The notes beneath the pieces were generated by a model. That model was not told where the DNA came from and searched no databases. It saw only the letters and a list, made by a program, of their open reading frames with translations. The translations under genes were made by a program, and so were the position numbers. Below are positions 16,275 to 31,635 of a stretch of DNA of 64,000 nucleotides, piece by piece; within the stretch, counting starts at the first letter, position 1; the number at the start of each line of letters is the position of its first letter. Source of the stretch: the human T2T-CHM13v2.0 reference genome, Homo sapiens; assembly GCF_009914755.1 (NCBI RefSeq), contig NC_060939.1; one strand, given 5' to 3'.

Positions 16275-17325
16275 TAAAAACTAATTGTACTTTTTACATC
16301 TCTGATTAACTACATTTTAACAAAATTGCATCATGTCATGTGTAACTGAGGGCTTTTAAGTTCTAATTTAGGGAACAATCTGATGGTCAAGGGAAGAAAC
16401 CCTTATACCAAGGCAGTTTGCAAAGGCCTGGAGGGCCAGGTCCAGCAAGGTGGTTTTCCTGGGGCCCACTACCAATATGAGTAGTATAATGAGGCCCAGA
16501 GTTCGCATAGCAAGTAAGTAAGAGAACCAGGACTTAAAAATCATGTCTTTGACTTCCAGTTCCATTTCCATGGTTTTCCTTTACTGCATTTCCTTTCAAG
16601 TTTTCATAAGGTTCTTTAAAGGAAAAAAAAAGATTGGCAAAAAGATACATCAGTTAAACAAAAGAAAACCTAAGTAGCAGTATTAATCTCAAAATACCAC
16701 TACTAACCACAGCTGACATTTATTGAGTATGTGCTATGTGCCAGACACTGTGTTAAGCTCTCTATGTAGATGGTAATTGTCATAGCATTATATGACTTTT
16801 ATGTGATAAAACAACATAGCAACAAATTGCAAAAAGGAAAAACTCCAAGAAATGAGAATTCGACAATAGCACAATTCTAGATTTTTAATTCACTACGACT
16901 GAGCCAATATTCAAAATAAAGATAATAAAGAGTTACACCATTAACAAATCAGAATTACTGTATACCAAAATTTATTCCCTAGAGTTTATTCTCTAAAAAG
17001 GTAAGATACCTTTCTAGATATTTCTAGACTCATTTTAAAAGCAATACTTCTTTTTCTGATTATAAATGTAACACTTGCTTATTACAGAAAACTGGTTACA
17101 TCTTTTTTCACCATTTGGCCTTTTCTTTCAGTAGTTTTGCAGTGACTATAAATATTTTTTAACAAAATCAGCCTCATATGTATGTATAGTTTTGTATTTT
17201 CCTTCTATGTGTTCAATGGTTTTCAGAAACAGTATTTCTAGTGACTACATGCTATTCTGTCACATGGATATGCCACAGTTTCACTGCCACCTTATTGTTT
17301 GGGTTGTTTTCACTCTTTGTTCATG

Positions 17326-17357
17326 GTGTGTGTGTGTGTGTGTATGTGTGTGTGTGT
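17326..17357. repeat. (TG)n microsatellite
   Basis: About 16 TG units with one TA interruption. Confidence 0.95.
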
Positions 17358-17683
17358 AGTGTAAATTGATCACATACTGGGCCAAATAAATTCTCAGTAA
17401 ATTAAAAAAGGAGAAATTGAATCTGAACATAATTAATAAAATTGCAATTAATAATTAAATTTAAATTTAAAAATCCAGCTATTTGAAAATTTTAAAGCCT
17501 TTTTAATAACTATTAGATATACTATCAGGCAGGCTGGGTACCATGGCTCACGCCTGTAATCCTAGCACTTTAGGAGGCCGAGGCGGGCAGATTGCTTGAG
17601 CCCAGGAGTTGGAGAAAGATAGTGAAGAGCTAGAAGAATGCCTTCACTTTGAAAATCTGAGGAATGCCTTGGATCCCTCCTGA

Positions 17684-18459
<776 letters not shown>

Positions 18460-19387
18460 TCATTTCCCTTATTTTCCTTTACCTGTTTTTTTTTTTTTTT
18501 TGAGTCTATAAAATGTATTTGATGGAAAATTGTGGAAAATGTTTTAGTAACTTAGTACAAGGTTAAACAAGCAGATGGCACTGTCATGGAGTTATTTGAA
18601 GTATATTTGCTGTTGCTATTGTCCCCTTTAATACTCAAGCAGCCTTTTAGCAGCCTTTGAAATCTCATTTGTCCTCATGCAGATAATCCAGTTCTGTGTG
18701 CATATTTGCATGTCAGATCTCGAAACCTGCTTTTTTTTTTGTTATTTCAAGGTAATATAAAGTAGCATATAGGTACCACCATGCATAATCCAGAACCCCT
18801 TTGCTTTCCATGGAAGCCAACCTCTCAGGGCTCCTGCCCCCTCACTGAGGATGCAGGCCTGGGAAAGGGGATCAGAAACGGGTTTGTAGGGAAGGATGAG
18901 CTCTGCCTGTCCTGTTGCCCAGGGAGCACTCCTAATAATGCCAAGGAGCTCAATTCCAAGCAGGTGAGAAGCTTACGGAATGAAACAAGAGAGGCTGATT
19001 CTCATTAAATATTTTCAGGTTGTGTAGGGCAGAACAATGAGATGAACAAAGCACCGATCTGTCCTCTACTTCCTTTTTCTGAAAGGAAGAGGTGAAGTTT
19101 CTTCATGCCATCTGGACAGTGTTGGGGTTACATAATTAGACTCCTCCCGACTGAGTCTCCTTAGGTAAATCACAGAATTCTCTGACTCATCTAGAAGTGA
19201 TGATAATGACGGTTACTTGATAGAGTTGTTCATAAGGATCTAATGAATGCGGAATAAATGCATATCTCTGGAAACTAAAGTACTAAGCAAAAGTCAGTAG
19301 TATAGTAATACAAATCGTGCTTAGGAACAATTGTGAAGTAGGAAGTTTGTCTTTATCACTTTCTACCTCTTTTTTTCTGTGCTCTTC

Positions 19388-19576
19388 TTACTGTCTCCCC
19401 CTCACCGCTGCTGTCCAATATGTTAGTCACTAGTCATTTGTGGCTATTTCCATTAATTAATTGTATTTAATTAAGATTAAATACAATTAAAAATTCAGTT
19501 CCTTGGTTGCATTAAGCCACATTTCAAGTGCTCAGGAGGCACATGTGGCTGGTGGCCACCGAACTGGACAGCACTG
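19388..19576. mobile_element. hAT-Charlie MITE (MER3/Charlie1-like)
   Basis: Terminal inverted motifs gctgtcca…tggacagc; internal agccacatttcaagtgctc and cacatgtggct. Confidence 0.7.
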
Positions 19577-19845
19577 CCCCCTATTTTGAGAAGTGGGAGA
19601 GTTCTTGGAGGAGGTAGGCATTCTAATGCTGCGTTCTAGGTCCCAGTTTCAGCACCGGATTAAGTCCTCACCTTCCCTTAAGAGCCCAGGGCTTTAAGGT
19701 GATCTTCCCTTCCCTGCTCGTCTTTATCAGCCAATCAGATTTCTATGCCTTGGTTGAAGTGTTTCTTTTAGTGGTAAGCAAAGCACCCTGATTAAGTTCA
19801 TATCAAAAACTTTGAACCTCCACTTAACTGCTCTGAGTACATGCA

Positions 19846-20139
19846 TTTCAAAAAAGGATGCCCCCAAAATCAGATCTCCGCTTGGTAGAATTTCTCACTG
19901 TAAAATGTGGCGGTTCCTCCGAAAGGCTGTGTGGTAGGCGCGCGCTTACATGACACACACACACAGATTAGGTAGTCTTCTAAAGGAACAGACTGACCCT
20001 GCCTTTCAAAAGACGATGCCCACAAAATCAGATCTCCGCTTGGTAGAATTTCTCACTGTAAAATGTGGCGGTTCCTCTGAAAGGGTGTGTGGTAAGGCGC
20101 GCCCTTACATTACATTACGTTACACACACGCACACACAC

Positions 20140-20170
<31 letters not shown>

Positions 20171-20200
20171 AATGTCTTCTAAAGGAACAGACTGACCCTG
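19846..20200. repeat. Tandem duplication (offset 158 bp) with an expanded (CA)n in copy 2
   Basis: 55 identical bp at 19865-19919 and 20023-20077; shared end gtcttctaaaggaacagactgaccctg. Confidence 0.95.
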
Positions 20201-22169
20201 TGAAGGTGTTGGGTGTCGTGGTCTCCTGCTCCGTCCCTACTCCAAGAGTGGTGTTAACTACTTTTCTTTTTCACTCTTCATTAATTGATTAATAAATAAT
20301 TGAATTGGCAAATGTTTCCCGAGCGCCTGCTGTGGCAGCAGGTCTGTATTAGGCACAGGACACATAGAAACGAAGAAATTGGCCCTTCCACAGAAGTCAG
20401 CAGCCCAGTTAGTCCTCGTTTAACACCATCAACTCTGTGTCCAGTACTGCGGCCCGAGCAGCCGGCATCTGGCCACTGCCCCTCGGTGAAGAAGGCTGCT
20501 CTGCCTTAAGCCACAAATGACCTTGGAATCTCAGAGACTATTCCAAAATGGTTCTGTCTTGAGTCACAGATCAGAGAGTCTCCACAGAGATCTCAAAGTA
20601 GCTTCTTGTGTCATCTAATGGTCTTCAGAAATTCTGTCTCTGTTTCTGTGGTCAGCTCCCAGCTGCTCATTATTCCTGATCACCCCTCATCTAGTTCTTT
20701 TGTCTCCTGGAGTATGGGCAGTGACTTGTGGAAACTCTGCTTCCTTTCGTACTCCTAGGATGAGCTGTGGTGTGATAAAGATGACTCGGGCAGCAGGCAA
20801 ACCTGGTTTGAGTCCTGGTTCTGCCACTCTTTTAATCTATGATTTGGGCATTTCCTCAACTATCTCAGTCTAGTTTTTTGTATGTGAAGTGGGGATTATA
20901 ATAGTAATTATCCATAGGATAAACTGAGCTAAGGGGAGGCATGAGGCCTTGACCAAGGGGGTTTTGGAGCTGGATTGTGTTAAGGGAACTGGGGTGTAAA
21001 GAAAACTGATTCCTTCCCAAGCATCTAACTAAATTCTGATCATGTGTAGTCATTCTTCATAGTTTGTGGCATAGTTCTTTGCTCAGAACTTAAATGTGAG
21101 AGGGAATTTTGTTCCCAAGGTTATAATGTTATATTTTTTTCCCTTAGCCAGCCCTACTCTTGGTACAGCATGCTCTCTGCCAGCCCTGAGACAATCTGCT
21201 TTTATCCAAATACTGTTAGATGTAATGAGGCAGGGCAGTGACCTTGGGCTTCTGCATGAGATTTAGAAGGCCACATTTATAAATTATTTTAGCATGAATT
21301 ATTTCCGGGAAAGATGTTCACTGATTACTAATATCATCTATTTTATGTTGTTTCTTATTTTCTTTTTCAGAGATTGACATTTTTCTGACCTTGTCTGAAT
21401 TCTTTTTAAGAGTTCGTACCTCCTGAACTACATGCACTTTGCAACTCTGATTTTTGTACTGTGTCTGTGTGTGATGTGCTCACTGGTTTGCCTTTGATTT
21501 TGACTTCCAGCAGCATGTCCTTCTATTCTGCCTAAGGAAATAGTGAGAAGCACAGAGAGTTAGGGGGTTACTTAATAGTTTTGGAATGTGCATCTGTCCC
21601 GAAATAGGAGCTGTGACCAAGAATATGGTTGTCGTATTTTTAATCCATATTCGAATCATTTTTCCCTTCCTTTTTATCTAGCCGTACATGTTGAATAGAA
21701 GACTTATAGAATGAGAGAGAAAAGTAGATAACTCATGAATCTCTAATCATCTGGGATAAAGCCTTTGTTTGAAATTATAGAAGGGGCGGGGAAACGTTGG
21801 TCCCACACACTGAATTAGGAACATCTGTACCCATGAGAACTTGAGCAAGAGAACTGGAATATTGCCATTTTCATTCTGCCTCCCACGTGCTCTCAATTGT
21901 TCATGCAGTGGAGGGGCAGCAATAGCATGGATACTTGAGATCTTTAAAATACCCCTCCAAGTAATGTTTTAAAAGACTGAATCAGATTCCATTAATCGAA
22001 AATTTTCATGCCAGTAAAGTTGGAAGAGATGGGAATGTTTCCTGAGAAGTCTATCCATGGGATAAAACCAATGATCTACTTGAAAAGAAATACGACAAGT
22101 ACTAAAGTGACAACATATACTTTGCCTTAAAATATTATGGCAGAAGCTTTAGGGCAGTACAGAGGCTGC

Positions 22170-22980
22170 ATAGTGTGATGGGCAAAAGGGTCATACTCTG
22201 AATCCAAATGTGGCCTCTGCCACTTTCTAGCTGTGTGACCTTGGGCAAACCACTTAGCATGTCTTTGCCTCATTTTTCTCACCTGTAAAATGGGCATAGT
22301 TCTAATGCCAATATCAGAGTTTTGTGGAGAAGAATAAATGAGTTGTTATACATAACACCCTTAGAACAGCGGTTGGCACAAGGCAAGCACATTAGAGGTG
22401 TTTCCTCTTTTTTTTTTTTTTTGAGTCAGAGTCTTGCTCTGTCACCCAGGCTGGAGTGCAGTGGCGTGATCTTGGCTCACTGCAACCTCCCTCTCCTGGG
22501 CTCAAGCAGTTCTCTGCCTCAGCCTTCCGAGCAGCTGGAATTACAGGTGTGTGCCACCAAGCCCAGCTAATTTTTGTATTTTTAGTAGAGACGGGGTTTC
22601 ACCATGTTGGCCAGGCTAGTCTCGATCTCCTGACCTCAGGTAATCCTCCCGCCTCGGCCTCCCAAAGTGCTGGGATTACAGGCATGAGCCACCATGACCA
22701 GCCAAGGTATTTCCTCTTATAATTGTTCCTATTGCTCCTGCTTCCACTGCTGTAATTCCTTCTGCCATCGCTGACACCTCTATTGCCACAACTACAGCGT
22801 AGGCTTGGGCGTCAGCCTGGCTTTGAGTTCTAGCACTGCTGCTTACCTATTTAAGTCCAAGTCCCATTTCTATATTTGTAAAGTAGGAGTGTTACTAGTA
22901 CCTACTTCACAGGACCTGGTGAGGATGAAATCGGATAATACGTGTGAAGCGCCTGGTGCAGTAAATGCTTATGGTTTTGT
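22170..22980. mobile_element. MIR elements flanking an antisense AluS (22408-22703)
   Basis: MIR core ctctgccactttctagctgtgtgaccttgggcaa…ctgtaaaatggg; Alu reverse complement. Confidence 0.8.
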
Positions 22981-23697
22981 TGTTACTGCAGCAGCTCTCA
23001 ACCAGGGATCCTCCCACACCAGAGTGTTGTACTCCACTATGGGTTGGGTTACAAGTTATGTTTCTTACTAAAAGTACCAATGGTTGGGAATTATTTTTTA
23101 AAATAATTAGAGTTAAATCAAGGGTATCCCCACCCTGACAATATTGCTGTTCACTTCTATTTTGAGAAGTGGGAGAGTGCCTGGAGGAGACAGCCCTGCC
23201 CTTCTACAATTGGCCATACTCTGGCTATATCTACAGCTGTTGGGATATGCGGGTGGGGGATGCACATGTGAAAGGTGAGTGCTTTGTGTGGGGGCAGAAA
23301 ACAAATTTGAGAGTTGCTGGCCTTAGGGTGCTGTCATTTCTGCTGCAGAATGTACCACTCGTGCTCTTCCATGTGGCAGCCCCCCTTTTTAGTTGATTGC
23401 CCAGACCAAAGCATCATTATCCCCCAAAGCCCAACTGTTCTTATCTTGCCTAAACATATATAGATGCCAGGAAACATTTGTTCTGACTATTAAAATCACT
23501 TTTTATTATATTAAGCAGCTACTGTAACTTGCCCTGAATTTATTCATTAATAAGTATTTATCGAGTGCCTTTATGAGTAAGATATTATCTGGTTTATGAA
23601 GAAAATGCAGACACTATCAGTTTAAGAAGCTCATAATCAAGTATGATAGACTAGGAGGATATACAATAACTATAGCACAAAGATGTTAACTCTAGTG

Positions 23698-24018
23698 TTC
23701 TTTTTCTTTTTTCTTTTTCTTTTATTTTTTATTTTTGAGATGGAGTCTTGCTCTGTCACCCAGGCTGGAGTGCAGTGGCATGATCTTGGCTAACCGCAAC
23801 CTCTGCCTCCCAAGTTCAAGTGATTCTCCTGCTTCAGCATCCTGAGTAGCTGGGATTATAGGCATGCACCACCATGCCCAGTTAATTTTTGTATTTTTAA
23901 TAGAGACGGGGTGTCACCATGTTGGCAGGCTGGTCCGAAACTCCTGACCTCAAGTGATCTGCCTGCCTCGGCCTCCCCAAAGTGCTGGGATTTCAGGTGT
24001 GAGCCACCATGCCTGGCC
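23698..24018 (-). mobile_element. AluS
   Basis: Alu reverse complement with T-rich tail. Confidence 0.9.
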
Positions 24019-25159
24019 TCTTTTTCTTTTTTAGCTTCCATTTTTAAACCTTTACGTTCAGGAAAATACATTGCATTTGTTTATAGCTTGTTCCTTAATT
24101 CTTTGTTTTTCATTATAAAAGTAACATGTGCTCATTGTGTAAAATTTGGAAAATATGTAAACATTAAAAAGGAACAGAAAAAATTAGCCATTTTTCATCA
24201 ACTAGAGATTACCATTTTAATGTTAAGTTTATTTTTCATGTATCTTTATACAGGTGATATCAGTCTTCATATTTATATTATTTTTTTCTTTTTCAACCAT
24301 TATATAATAATTATTTCCCTATGTCATTAAAATACTTTATAAGTATAATTTTAATAGCTAAATAATATTTCATCATATATGACTTATAATTTACAAGCAT
24401 TTCCCCAACGGACATTTTAGTTGATTCTGATTTTTTTAATGAATAATATGGTAATAAACACTTTTATGTATGAGTCATCCATATTTCTGATCATAGATTT
24501 CCACAAGTAGAATTCTGAAACCAAAGGGTAGAAATATCGCCACCGTTGTTAATAGATGTGGTTTCATTACTTTTTGGCAATGATATTTACCTTAGCAAAA
24601 CTTCTGGCACTGATGGATTTGGATATTTATTACCTTAAGGATAGGAGATCCTTAGCTTTTTCAGATCTGACGTTCCAAGTGTATGTTGACTGTTCAAGAA
24701 TGACTCCAAAGTTCATGACATAAAGTAGTTTGCATATTTACTGAAGCACAAAATTTAATCACACGGGCCTAGAGGCTGGTGAGTGACCAAGGCTGCCTAG
24801 CAAATGTTTCATTGGGGCTTCATGGATCTCTGTGTAATACGTCTTATATATTGACTTAAAAACTTAATTTGTTTGAAAATGGACAGCTTTTGTGAAAATC
24901 AAAAGGGCCATTAATTTATGGTATACAATTATGCACAGAAAATCTACAGCCGTCAGAGAAATATGACTCAAGAAAATACTGAGAGTTGATATAGATACTT
25001 TCATATTAAAATAGAAGGTTTACAACGGTCTACTACTTTTCAATGACTACTTTCTAATTGCTTAATAGTATGTATTGACTTGTCATTTCTAGAAAATAAA
25101 TCTAATTTCATTTTTAGTGCCAACCATTGGAATTATTCTCTTTATAATCACCACATGGC

Positions 25160-25182
25160 TATATATATATATATATATATAT
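25160..25182. repeat. (TA)n microsatellite
   Basis: About 11 perfect TA units. Confidence 0.95.
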
Positions 25183-26254
25183 CTTTATAATACAATATGA
25201 AAAATAAATACATTAATCAAATTATCAGACCGAGCTTCTACAGATGTTTGCCCCTTACTTGCTTTAATTTTAAAAGTTCTCTTTGGCAGGAATGTCTTAT
25301 ACTCTAGCTAGGGAAGAAAATGTGTAGAAAACAATTTTAATCAGTGTCTGGGAGTCTGAGAACAAACTTAGCAAATTTAGCTTAGAACAATCGCAAGTTT
25401 AGCTTAGCATCTTTCCTTAACCTTGTACTTCTAGGTAGGACCGCCTACACTGCCAGCACCCCCTCACAGTCTAGGAGCAGCTTCTCTCTCCCCCACATTT
25501 TGAGCTGTTCCCCTTGAGGTTGCTTTCTCGCCCTTTGCTGACAGGGAGGTGGTGGTAGCTGCATTTGTCTCCCATCTGGTCCCCAGAACGTTTCTTGCTT
25601 TTGTTTTACAGTCTTGTGACAAACTAGCACGCCCCCTTCCTATCTCAGGGCCTGGCTTCCCCAGCCCCCAACTAAGGTCTCAGACACGTACAAATGGTGC
25701 CCCTCTTTGAGGGGCTCGTACATCTGCACATCTGGACCTTTCACATAGTGATCTGTTAAAGGCATAGAATCAGCCTGTAATATGCTGAGATCACCCTGGT
25801 AATATGGTGGAGTACAGACAGAGCCGGGTCTGTCTGGTTTCTGGCTCTGTAGCCTTTTCCCCTGGGTCTCCTGGGGCCACTTGAACCTGACTAGCCAGCC
25901 TCTCACCCATCTCTAGGACCCAGCCTGAACTGAGGCAGAGGGACTGAGGCTGCCTCACACTCTGTAATTTGGCCTCAAGTCACCATTGCTGGCCTTGTGC
26001 CTCAGCTCTGATAACTGGACTCTTGTCTGGCTCCTGCGTGCCAGAATCCCATGGTAACCTGCCTCGTTTCCCTGTGCCTTGTTTTTATCAGCCTGCCTCC
26101 CAGGGATTGAAATCGTGCCCTGAAACACAGTGACCAATGCACTTTCCTGATGTCAACCACCCCACTTGCCTTTCTGATTGGATTCCAGAGTACCTTAAAT
26201 TTCTCGTTGTTCTGCAGTGCCTGTAGTCAGGAAACCTCTGTTCTGGACACTTTT

Positions 26255-27390
<1,136 letters not shown>

Positions 27391-27766
27391 AATAGTTGAG
27401 TATTAGCACTATTCTGAGAATTTTGTATGTATTATCTCATTGAATTCTTACAGTAACCTTATGTGATGGTACTTTTATGACTCCCATTTTACAGATGAGA
27501 AAACTGAGTCTTAAGAGGTTAGGCGACTTGCCCAAAAGGACCTGAGCCACCACACAAGTATTCCACTAGAGCAGCAAGTTAGAATAAACACAGACTTTAT
27601 TATTATCCAGATTTATGTTCAAGTTGCAGCTCTGTCAATTACTGGTTGAATTAAAACCTCTCTAAACTTTAATATCCTTACTTATGAAATAATTATTCTA
27701 CCTCCCAGGTTATTGGAAGAATTAGATGAGATCATGGGTGCATTATTTTCATGTATATTTTCCTGA

Positions 27767-28165
<399 letters not shown>

Positions 28166-31100
28166 TGAATTTCCTGTTCATAACCTTTTCTCAGTTTTTT
28201 TTCTTATCAAATTGTAGGAGTTCTTCGAATGTTAGAGATACATGTTGTCTTATATGTTATAAATAGCTTTCCTCATACCATCATTTGTTGTTTGATGATG
28301 TTTTTTGGAACCTTCTTTTATTCATCTAGTTAGCGCTCCAGGTTTGGTGGTTGATCAAATACTTGAGAATAGGGATTTATTCATTCAGCTAGTATTTGTT
28401 GAGGGCTGGAACTCTGTGGGATGTCCATTCAGTCAGGACACCTCTAAATCCTGACTTCCAGTTTACGTCACTGATGATGGCTCTCATCCTTGGTTCTACC
28501 AGATTCTTGAAAGAGAATGTGTTTTCTCAGAGCCAAGTAGACCCAAACATTTCCCAGACTTTGGCCACATAATCAGAAATTTCAAAAGAGTTCTGGAATT
28601 TGTGGGCTTAGCTCCAAGTTACCAGGCATCCGTTGTCTTCCCTGTGGGCAGAATTCGCTTTTAGCTTACTCCACCCTCCTCAGCTACGCAGCATGATTGG
28701 GGCAGACGATGAATACTTCAGATATCCCCTGTGGGGTTAACTCCAGAGGCAGCCTCAGAAACTAGACACATAATTCATATGGTCAAAACCTGGCAGGCTC
28801 TTCTGAAATCGTGTGACTTCCTATCAGGCCACCAGCTCTGCAGATCCTCAAAGGTCTGGCTGTCAGAACAATAGGGAATGAGAGCAGCGCCCAGATGCTG
28901 CCTGCTGGAGCTGCAGGTCCTGTTTGAGTCTGAACAATAAAAGTCCTGGAATGAATTACCAAGGCTCCTGATTGCACCCTGCAGGTTCAGGTTTAGTTTG
29001 TGGAGATGTCTCACATAAGAACTGTCTTGTAAGCCGCTTGGGGGGTTCAACAAAATTGGTCAACAAAATTTAATACCATACAAGCCCTTTTCTTGATCAA
29101 GCAATTTAGTAAGTCTCTGTCATAAGTCTCTATGACCTGCCATCCAATATGTCAAAATAAACAAAATTTTCATGTTGATGGTCACAAGTGCAGTCCCTAG
29201 AGTGGGGATCTGGTGACCACTTCCACCACTAACTAGCACTGGATCGTAGACAAGATCGTTAGTCTCTCTGTGTCTCAGCTCACTCATCTGCAAGATGTGG
29301 CTACTAATAGTACCTAAGATAGAGCTATTGGGAGGATTAAGTTAGGTAATGCATGTAAATCCTTAGAATAATGCCCAGCACAGTTGTTGTTCAATACATA
29401 TTGCAAAGTTCCTAGTATAAACTCCCTGTTGCAGCCTTCTAATTTGACTTCAATAGATTGTTGGTACCATTTGCCTCTTTCTTTGCAGGTATCCTACCTA
29501 GGCCTAGAGAACTAAGCTTTTGCTGTTCATTATATGAAGCTTCTTAAATGTCATACAGGCTAGTTGCATCCTACTAATTCTTCACAGACTAGATAAAAAT
29601 ACTTTTGCTGAAGTCTTAATCGGCCTGTCCTGAAGTCAACCAGGCTGTATGTTAGTGCCTTGACTCAGTGCAGCTTTCAAGAGAGGCAGAAAGAATACCC
29701 ACAGAGAAGGCACATGTGGGCGGTGGCAGTGTAGGACCAGGAAAGAAGCTAGGTCTCTATATTCCCTCGCATTTTGAATCTGTGTTAAATTCAATCATAT
29801 TAGTATGAAGCAATCCTCTTACCTATCTCCTTAATCCAGCCTCTGACTGCCAGCTCACAAAAGAGGGAGAAGAGGCACTACATTTAAAGTAGTGATTATC
29901 TCTAACTAGAATTTTAAGTCCCTACATGTTTTGGCTGTAGAACCAGCCAAAGTTTTGTTCCAATTCCCTACAAAATTTCACAATAGTCAGGAGTTAGAAT
30001 TGGTCCCTATGTTATGAAACAGCTAGTTTTTATACTTTAAACTTAAAATGAAGCTTTAGTTGTTTATTATTACTGTGGATATTTTCCAAGAGACAGAATA
30101 ACATCTGTGGAAGATTCTACACAGGCCTTGATGCCAGACATTGTAATTATTTCCCTGCTCAAAGGCAATAGTCAGTGCCTCAAGGAACTCCCTGGCTATA
30201 AGCAGTTGGCTGCCTCGACAACAGATAGCTAATGTCTTAGCTCTTTTCTGTCTCTACCGCCAGCCTCTTGGGGATGTGACTTGAGAAAGCTCTCCCCTCC
30301 CCATTTTCTCCTGTAACCTCTTTGGAGGAAGTCACCAGGGTAACCACTTTCTTTTATGCTAGTTTTCTTGAGTGCAAGGGAAAACACTTCCCCACAGACA
30401 TATGACAGAAGTTTAAGAGTGGTGAGGAGAAGAACACGAACAGTTACTGAGTACCTGAGCTATGCTTTGTGTACCTGATATCATTGAGTTCCCACATCAA
30501 CCTTCTGAGATAGGCATTATCATCCCCATTTTACTGATGCTTAAACAGTAACATGCCCAAGGTCACACAAGTGGCAAGTGACAGTCAGGACTCAAACCCA
30601 GGTTTATCTTTCTCGGGCCTTTGCTCTTATTTTGCAAATTAAGCAAGTGTAGACACACAAAACCAATTTGTTTTTACCTAGGAAACGTGTTTTATGCTTT
30701 GTTTTTCTCAGTCTGGATAGATGCCGTTTTCTAGTCCCCTGGAACCATCGTATGCCCAGTTTAGTACCACTTTTGTTTGGTTTCTCGTCTTAGAATATAT
30801 TCTGCTTATTCACTCCCCCGGCCACCTGAGAAATCTTTTTACTACTTTTAGTCCAAATCAAACTTTCCTTCCCTTGACTACCTAGGAAGTCTCTCCTTGG
30901 GTGAGTCTTAACTCGCCTGAACTGAGAGTCTCACCCTGGAACTTGGTTAAGAAAGGCCAGAGTTGGGAGGCAACAGCCTGGATGGAAGAGGGGGGTCAGT
31001 TGACACTGGAGGGGGCAAGCCAGACCAGCCGCAAGCAGGAGCCAAAAGGTCAGAAAGCCAGTGAGAATGGGGTGGGCCAACAGGAGCAGACCAGGCCACA

Positions 31101-31302
31101 CAGGCTGTGACTCCCCCTTGCAGTGGCTGCTGGGCACTGGCCATGCCTGTGCTTGTCTCTCTCAGTATCTCTTACTCTGCCATCTTGTCATTCATGAAAT
31201 TGCTCAAGAGACGCTTTCTACCAGTCCGTGCCTGCTTAGTCTCCGAGAAGTTTTGGGGGTTCATTTAGAATTAATTAATTTAGAACTAGCATTTAAAAGT
31301 TA

Positions 31303-31635
<333 letters not shown>

